Source of the DNA: an uncultured candidate division Zixibacteria bacterium
GTDB lineage: Bacteria > Zixibacteria > MSB-5A5 > UBA10806
Direction: 5' to 3'
NCBI GenBank assembly: GCA_963801605.1
Contig: CAWDFP010000006.1
Coordinates: forward strand, 1,472,001-1,536,000
DNA: 64,000 nucleotides
The notes beneath the pieces were generated by a model. It was not told the origin of the DNA and made no database searches. It saw nothing but the letters and a program-made list of their open reading frames with translations. Below, one piece after another: positions 57,779-64,000 of this stretch (positions are counted from its first letter, which is position 1; each line of letters opens with the position of its first letter). Position numbers and translations under genes: made by a program.

Positions 57779-59935
57779 CTAAAATCTTTCTTTTTTGGTG
57801 CGGCCTTTTTCATCGAGTCTGAATCGGGAGTCGCTGTCGTTTTCCGGTCGACCCCCCTTGTGATTCAGCGTGCATTCCTCTTTTGGTAACGTTGACTCTG
57901 TAAAGATATCTGTCACCGTACGCGGACAATCCGCACGAGCCAATTTGCCTGAGTCCAGACAAATGGTGGTCGTATAAATTCCCGGCGGCATCGGGAAATC
58001 CTTGACCGGCATATTGGCCGTTGCGGCTATCATAAAATTTGTCCAGATCGGCAGCGCTGTTGTGGCGCCAACTTCGCCTTTTCCGATTCCAATCTTTGTT
58101 TTATCATCGAACCCGATCCAAACGCCGCAAGTGATTTGTGGTGTGAAACCCATAAACCAGTTATCGGTATTATTATTGCTGGTTCCGGTTTTACCGCCCG
58201 CGGGACGGGAAAATCCCAGGGCTCTTGATGCTGCTCCGGTGCCATGATCGACCACCGTTTGAAGCATATTGGTCATGATATATGCGGTTTGAGGGGATAG
58301 GACCTCTTCCTGGTCTGTTCGAGTCTTTTCGAATTTTACATTACCGTAACGATCTACAATTTTCGTTATGTAAAAAGGCGCTTTTCTAATTCCCCCGTTG
58401 GGGAAAACCGAAAAGGCCGGCACCATATCCCACATGGTCACTTCGCTTGAGCCTATCGCCAATGATGGCACCGCATTGAGCGTCGAGCTTATCCCCATCC
58501 TATGAGCATATTCGACTACTTGTTGCGGTGTTACCAGCGGATCCATTATCAATTTGATTGCGATCAGATTTCGCGAGTCTTTGAGCCCGTCGCGAAGCGT
58601 CATTTCGCCTCGGAACGTCATATCGAAATTATCCGGCCGCCATTCTTTGCCGCCGATTGTCAGGACTATTGGCGAATCGATAAAAAGATCCGATGGTGAA
58701 AATCCGTTGTCTATCGCTGTTGTGTAGACGAACGGCTTAAACGATGAACCCGGCTGACGAAGCGCCTGAGTTACCCTGATAAATTTACTGACATTAAAAT
58801 CGCGCCCGCCTACGAATGCCAATACTCCGCCGGTCTCGTTATCGACCGCCATCAGCATCCCCTGTATCTGTTTGTATACTCTTTTGGGTCTGCCATTGCC
58901 GGTGCTGTCCGGTACCAGCATGGTGTATTCGGGATTGTCGGAACGGTGATTGGCGACTGTCTGTCTTTGAAGCTCATCGACCTTGGCAAAAAGCGACCGC
59001 TCAGCCGCCGCCTGCATATTGGCATCGAGAGTGGTATAGATACTCATCCCCGAGGCGTAAAGCGCTTCCTCGCCATAAGTCTCTAAAAGATGCTGCCGAA
59101 TTAGCTCCGTGAAATATGGCGCCTTACCAAAATCGCCCTGATTAGGATTTACTACTAATGGAAGCCTTTTTAGCTTTTCCGCATCGTCATGAGAAAGCTT
59201 ACCGTATTCAACCAACGAATTAAAAACGATATTCCTGCGTGCCAGAGCTCTGTCTGGATGTTCGATTGGGCTATAACGGTTGGGAGCTTTAAGCAGCCCG
59301 ACCAAAACCGCGCAATCGGATAACGTCAGTTCCCAGGCGTCTTTACCGAAATATACCTGCGCCGCCGCCTGGATACCGTATGCGCCTCGCCCAAAATAAT
59401 TCTGATTGAGATACATCTGAAGAATCTCATTTTTCGAATATGTTCTTTCGATTTTTATGGCGGTCAGCGCTTCCTTAATTTTTCTGATATAACTTCTTTC
59501 CGGCGATAATACCGTCGGGAAAAGATTTCGCGCTAATTGTTGGGTTAGCGTCGAGGCCCCTTCGCGGGTTAAGCTAAGACGGGTGAGATTATGTATTGTG
59601 GCCCCCACAATCCGCCTGATATCCACTCCCCAGTGGCTGTAAAATTTGCGGTCTTCGGTCGCTAACAGGCAATCGATAAGATAGGGCGGTATCTTTTCGT
59701 AAGGAATTAGCATGCGGCGTTCATTATAGAACTCTTTTAGGAGCACCCCGTTTCTATCATAAACATGGGTTATCAGGCTGGGCTGGATATCATGCAGCTT
59801 GGCCAGCGATGGTAAATCGCGTCCCAGAGTCCTGGCTACGATTAATCCTATCACGACCACCATGGCCAGCGCCAGCAAACCTGCTATAGCTGCCCTGACT
59901 CGGGGATTGCCGCGGTATTTATAAATTTTAGACAT
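57779..59935 (-). CDS. mrcA: Class A penicillin-binding protein (PBP1A)
   Basis: Glycosyltransferase 'EDRKF', 'GASTLTQQL', 'RKIKE'; transpeptidase 'SSFK', 'SRN', 'KTGT'. Confidence 0.93.
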   Translation of the reverse strand: MSKIYKYRGNPRVRAAIAGLLALAMVVVIGLIVARTLGRDLPSLAKLHDIQPSLITHVYDRNGVLLKEFYNERRMLIPYEKIPPYLIDCLLATEDRKFYSHWGVDIRRIVGATIHNLTRLSLTREGASTLTQQLARNLFPTVLSPERSYIRKIKEALTAIKIERTYSKNEILQMYLNQNYFGRGAYGIQAAAQVYFGKDAWELTLSDCAVLVGLLKAPNRYSPIEHPDRALARRNIVFNSLVEYGKLSHDDAEKLKRLPLVVNPNQGDFGKAPYFTELIRQHLLETYGEEALYASGMSIYTTLDANMQAAAERSLFAKVDELQRQTVANHRSDNPEYTMLVPDSTGNGRPKRVYKQIQGMLMAVDNETGGVLAFVGGRDFNVSKFIRVTQALRQPGSSFKPFVYTTAIDNGFSPSDLFIDSPIVLTIGGKEWRPDNFDMTFRGEMTLRDGLKDSRNLIAIKLIMDPLVTPQQVVEYAHRMGISSTLNAVPSLAIGSSEVTMWDMVPAFSVFPNGGIRKAPFYITKIVDRYGNVKFEKTRTDQEEVLSPQTAYIMTNMLQTVVDHGTGAASRALGFSRPAGGKTGTSNNNTDNWFMGFTPQITCGVWIGFDDKTKIGIGKGEVGATTALPIWTNFMIAATANMPVKDFPMPPGIYTTTICLDSGKLARADCPRTVTDIFTESTLPKEECTLNHKGGRPENDSDSRFRLDEKGRTKKERF

Positions 59936-60050
59936 CGGCTTTAATTACGCATCAGGGGCATGATTGTGTCAAGGCAATTCCGTCAATATTCTCTTGCAAT
60001 CAGCCTTCAATCTCGTTAATTTTACCTTTTTTAAGGGAGGAGTATTTTTG

Positions 60051-61271
60051 ATGACTACGGTTAGGCCGGAAGAGCAACTTGAGCTAATCAAACGCGGAGC
60101 AGTCGAGATCATCCGCGAAAATGAACTTTTGGAAAAGCTCGAACGTAGCTTCAAGACCGGAAAGCCTCTGATTATCAAGCAGGGATTTGATCCCACCGCG
60201 CCCGACATCCATATCGGTCACATGGTTAGTATCAATAAACTGCGTACCTTCCAGGAACTCGGCCATACCGTCGTATTTTTAATTGGCGATTTCACCGGCA
60301 TGATCGGAGACCCCTCGGGACGGACCTCTACTCGAAAACCGCTTACTCGTGACGCTGTCCTCGAAAACGCCGAAACCTACAAAAGGCAGATCTTCAAAGT
60401 TCTCGATCCCGACAAAACCGTGATTGATTTCAACTCGCGTTGGGGTTTGAGCATGACTTTTACCGATGTTCTGGCTCTGACTTCGCGCTACACTGTTGCC
60501 CGTATCCTCGAACGCGACGATTTCTCCAAACGCTATAACGAGGGCAAACCGATCAGCATGTTGGAATTCATGTATCCGCTGGTGCAGGGTTACGATTCAG
60601 TGGCGCTTAAGGCCGATGTCGAACTTGGCGGCACTGATCAGAAATTCAACCTGCTTGTCGGGCGGGACCTTCAGCGTGAATACGGCCAGGAACCGCAAGT
60701 GGTCTTGACTATGCCCCTCCTTGTTGGCACCGATGGCACCGAAAAGATGTCTAAATCGCTTGGAAATTATATCGGCATTACCGACGAACCGGATCAAATA
60801 TTTGGCAAGACGATGTCGATCCCTGATACTCTTATATTTGATTATTTCAAACTTGCCACCGATGTTGATTTGGCTGAATTGGATATTATTAAAAAGCAAC
60901 TCGAATCGCCTGGCTTAAATCCCATGACTCTCAAAAAGCGCCTGGGCTGGAAACTCGTGGAGATGTATCACAACAAGGACGCTGCCGATGCTGCTCAGGC
61001 CGGTTTCGAAAAGCAATTTTCCAAGCGCGAGGTACCCGATACTGTGCCGGAGCTCTTGATAGCGTCAGATAAAGACAAGGTCTGGCTGCCCCATATAATC
61101 ACTGCTACGGGAGTAGTCAATTCTAACGGTGCCGCCATGCGCCTGATTCAGCAGGGGGGAGTAAAAATCGACGGTGAGACAGTTACCGATAAAGATTATG
61201 AACTTTCTCTTACCAATGGCCATATTATTAAAGTGGGAAAGAAAAATTACTTTAAAATAGGGAAGAAGTAA
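60051..61271 (+). CDS. tyrS: Tyrosine--tRNA ligase
   Basis: '[13 protein letters not shown]', 'KMSKS', S4-like C-terminus; GGAGG upstream. Confidence 0.98.
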   Translation: MTTVRPEEQLELIKRGAVEIIRENELLEKLERSFKTGKPLIIKQGFDPTAPDIHIGHMVSINKLRTFQELGHTVVFLIGDFTGMIGDPSGRTSTRKPLTRDAVLENAETYKRQIFKVLDPDKTVIDFNSRWGLSMTFTDVLALTSRYTVARILERDDFSKRYNEGKPISMLEFMYPLVQGYDSVALKADVELGGTDQKFNLLVGRDLQREYGQEPQVVLTMPLLVGTDGTEKMSKSLGNYIGITDEPDQIFGKTMSIPDTLIFDYFKLATDVDLAELDIIKKQLESPGLNPMTLKKRLGWKLVEMYHNKDAADAAQAGFEKQFSKREVPDTVPELLIASDKDKVWLPHIITATGVVNSNGAAMRLIQQGGVKIDGETVTDKDYELSLTNGHIIKVGKKNYFKIGKK

Positions 61272-61272
61272 A

Positions 61273-62356
61273 ATGGAAACTCTAATTGATATAAACGACC
61301 TCAAATCGCGCCTCGAAAAGCTTCGGGGGTATCTTTGAGATTGATCGCTTAAGAGAAACTGCGGTTAAGCTCGAAAAGGAAACCCAGGACCCCAACTTCT
61401 GGGGTGATAATCAAAAAGCTCAATCCACGGTTAAAAAATTAAACGGACTCAAGAAAACTGTCGCCGATTGGGAATCGCTTAAAAAAGAGATTGATGACAC
61501 CGGCGAGCTAATTACATTGGCCGAAAGCGATCCGGGGATGCAACAGGAGCTATCCGCCCAGGCTGGCGTGCTGACCCAAAAACTCGATGATTTTGAATTT
61601 CGCAGTTTTCTTTCCAACGAGGAGGATTCGCAGGACGCTATCCTTGCCATCCATCCCGGCGCCGGCGGTACCGAGTCGCAGGATTGGGCTTCGATGCTGC
61701 TTCGTATGTATCTCCGTTGGGCTGAACGCCATGGTTTCCAAACCGATACGATGGATTATCAGAATGGTGACGAAGCCGGTATCAAGTCTGCCACGCTTGA
61801 AATTAAAGGCCCTTACGCTTATGGCTATCTTAAATCGGAATCGGGAGTGCATCGTCTGGTTCGCATCTCTCCCTTTGACGCCAATAAAAGACGACACACC
61901 TCGTTTGCTTCCGTCTTCATATACCCTGAAACCGGTGAAGATATCAATGTCGAAGTGAAACCCGATGATATCAAAGTCGACACTTTCCGGGCTTCTGGAG
62001 CCGGCGGCCAGCATGTCAATAAGACATCATCGGCGGTGAGAATGACACATATCCCGACAGGGATCGTTGTCCAGTGTCAATCCGAGCGTTCTCAGTTTAA
62101 GAATCGCGAATCGGCTCTCAAGGTCCTTAAGGCGCGCCTTTATCAAAAAGCCCTCGAGGAGGAACGTGCTAAGCTGGCCGTGGTTGAGGCCACCAAGAAA
62201 AAAATCGAATGGGGTTCGCAGATAAGATCCTATGTTTTCCAGCCTTATATGCTGGTCAAGGATCATCGTACTGATTTTGAATCTTCTAATGTCAACGCCG
62301 TCATGGACGGCGAAATTGATGATTTTATACATGCCTTTTTGTCGCATAAAGAGTAA
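61273..62356 (+). CDS. prfB: Peptide chain release factor 2 with a programmed +1 frameshift
   Basis: GGGGG-TAT-CTT-TGA at 61325-61338; 'SPF' and 'GGQ' motifs. Confidence 0.97.
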
Positions 62357-62366
62357 AGGAAACGTG

Positions 62367-63362
62367 ATGAATATCGTGACAAGCATTCAGGACAAAGCGC
62401 GTAAGCTGAAAGGACGGATCGTCCTTCCGGAAGGATCAGAAGAGAGAACCGTGCAGGCGGCTAAGAAACTTTTATCCGAGGGTATTTGCGCTCCCGTACT
62501 TTTGGGTGATATCGATCAGATCAAAAAACTCTGCCAGAATTATACTCTCAACCCCGATAAGGTCGAGATCGTCGATCCCGCCAAAGATTCCATGTTTGAT
62601 TTCTATGTTGATGACTACTACCGTCTCCGTAAAGAAAAAGGGATGACCCTCGACGAAGCCAGGCGTGTCCTGCAAAACACCCTGTTTTTCGGCGCTATGA
62701 TGGTCCGGCACGCTCGCGTTGATGGTTCGGTCGCCGGAGCCTTGAGCACCACCGGCGATGTTCTTCGCGCCGCTATCCAATGCATCGGGCTGGCTAAGGG
62801 TATCGATGTTGTCTCCTCTAGTTTCCTGATGGTTCTTCCGGAATTCCAGGGCGAACGCGGTAAGCTCTTCGTCTTTGCAGACTGCGCCGTGCTTCCCGAT
62901 CCCACTGCGGAACAACTGGCCTCGATTGCCATCTCATCTGCCGAAACCATGCGCAAACTTGGCGGCCAGGAACCACGAGTGGCTATGCTCTCCTTCTCAA
63001 CCAAAGGCTCTGCTAAACATGATAGAATCGATAAAGTCCTCAAAGCTCTTTCGATTGTTAAACAAAAAGCCCCCGATCTGGCCGTCGATGGTGAACTTCA
63101 GCTTGACGCTGCTGTCGTGCCCTCGATTGCCAAGCGTAAGGCTCCCGATTCCAAAGTTGCCGGAAACGCCAACGTGCTGATCTTCCCCGATCTCGATTCC
63201 GGTAATATCGGTTATAAGCTTACCCAGCGTTTCGGTGGCGCCGACGCTATTGGTCCTGTGATTCAAGGTTTGGCCAAACCTGCCAACGATCTCTCCCGCG
63301 GATGTTCTGTTGACGATATTGTCAACGTAGCCGCCATCGCATCGGTGCTTTCAAAGGGATAA
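62367..63362 (+). CDS. pta: Phosphate acetyltransferase, short form
   Basis: 'IVLPEG', 'FADCAV', 'LSFSTKGSA', 'DGELQLDAA', 'GNIGYKL', 'NDLSRGC'. Confidence 0.96.
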   Translation: MNIVTSIQDKARKLKGRIVLPEGSEERTVQAAKKLLSEGICAPVLLGDIDQIKKLCQNYTLNPDKVEIVDPAKDSMFDFYVDDYYRLRKEKGMTLDEARRVLQNTLFFGAMMVRHARVDGSVAGALSTTGDVLRAAIQCIGLAKGIDVVSSSFLMVLPEFQGERGKLFVFADCAVLPDPTAEQLASIAISSAETMRKLGGQEPRVAMLSFSTKGSAKHDRIDKVLKALSIVKQKAPDLAVDGELQLDAAVVPSIAKRKAPDSKVAGNANVLIFPDLDSGNIGYKLTQRFGGADAIGPVIQGLAKPANDLSRGCSVDDIVNVAAIASVLSKG

Positions 63363-63374
63363 ATAAGTCTATCC

Positions 63375-63418
63375 GTATGCCTCAGGATGGAAGCCTTATG
63401 CGCCATCCTGAGGCATAC
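63375..63418. terminator. 16-bp perfect inverted repeat after pta (terminator or REP-like element)
   Basis: GTATGCCTCAGGATGG/CCATCCTGAGGCATAC. Confidence 0.65.
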
Positions 63419-63470
63419 AATCCCAGGCCAACGATAAACAATATTTTTACAATGATTAATTTATTTAGCC

Positions 63471-63822
63471 GTAGGTCGCTATTCATTATGCCCTGCTAAA
63501 TAAAATTATTCTTTTTTGTAGTTTTCGTAGGTCGGGTTCCGAGTCCTCTTAGGACGAGAAACCCGACAAAATAAACACGCCCTCATTGCGAGATCCCGTA
63601 GGTCAGGTGCCCCGGCACCTGACAGTTAATTATATGAGTCAGGCCGCAAGCGACTGACCTAGGACTTTTGCGAAGAGAATAACGCAGCGAAACCGGGTGG
63701 CATGCTTGTTCGACCCCGATTTTTTCAGGGGAATAAGCATGTACTTAAAACATTCTTTTTTTGCGTCAGGACGCAGAAAGTCTGTCGTGCTCCGACTCCC
63801 CTACGACGAGAAACCCGACAAA
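63471..63822. repeat. Cluster of GTAG-type REP-like palindromes
   Basis: GTAG-GTCGGGTT...AACCCGAC (63527), GTAG-GTCAGGTGCC..GGCACCTGAC (63598), an inverted copy (63638-63662), a degenerate copy (63471), and an 18-nt repeat at 63553 and 63805. Confidence 0.72.
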
Positions 63823-63950
63823 CCCGGACTAACTTGCCCCAAATATTAATTGGCAATACCTTCCGCCCGTATTATCTTGTAATTGCATTTTGTTTCTGCA
63901 TAAATAAAGTAATTCTTTTTAGCTCAGCTCATCTGATCGGAGGTGTGGTT

Positions 63951-64000
63951 GTGAGGTGCTTAACAGGTTTGATAAATGTGCTGATAGCGGTTTTTATTTT
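63951..64000 (+). CDS. Probable start of a secreted protein, truncated by the window end
   Basis: GGAGG-7 nt-GTG, reading MRCLTGLINVLIAVFI, which resembles a signal peptide. Confidence 0.4.
   Translation, partial: MRCLTGLINVLIAVFI

Noticed and set aside
63375..63830. CRISPR array
   Set aside because: No constant-length repeats with regular spacers, and no cas genes in the window

Overview
Bacterial core-genome window, probably FCB-group or Zixibacteria-like (inferred from gene order and an LVIVD protein with a 'QNYPNPFN' C-terminal domain). Left arm: purN-Omp85-GT39-purC-purH, a divergent sugar ABC transporter, an uncharacterised four-gene DUF6754-type membrane cluster with an M23 peptidase, a 42-aa zinc-ribbon ORF missed by the ORF track, DUF72 and an S11 peptidase. 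Centre: the Thr-Tyr-Gly-Thr tRNA cluster, broken up by accessory genes including a GIY-YIG nuclease between tRNA-Gly and a hairpin-modified tRNA-Gly copy. This is followed by the full tuf-rpmG-secE-nusG-rplKAJL-rpoBC-str-S10-spc-alpha supercluster with two near-identical tuf genes. Right arm: an LVIVD protein, a deoB-cdd-eutN-deoC-pdp nucleoside-catabolism operon carrying a microcompartment vertex gene and a DeoC with an encapsulation-peptide-like leader, then a GNAT, PBP1A, tyrS, prfB with its programmed frameshift, pta and a REP-like palindrome cluster. About 19 single-base insertions, many in essential genes such as rpoB, rpoA and rpsC, indicate an error-prone consensus sequence, so split genes are treated as intact. 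All calls come from motif recognition by eye; no database searches were run.
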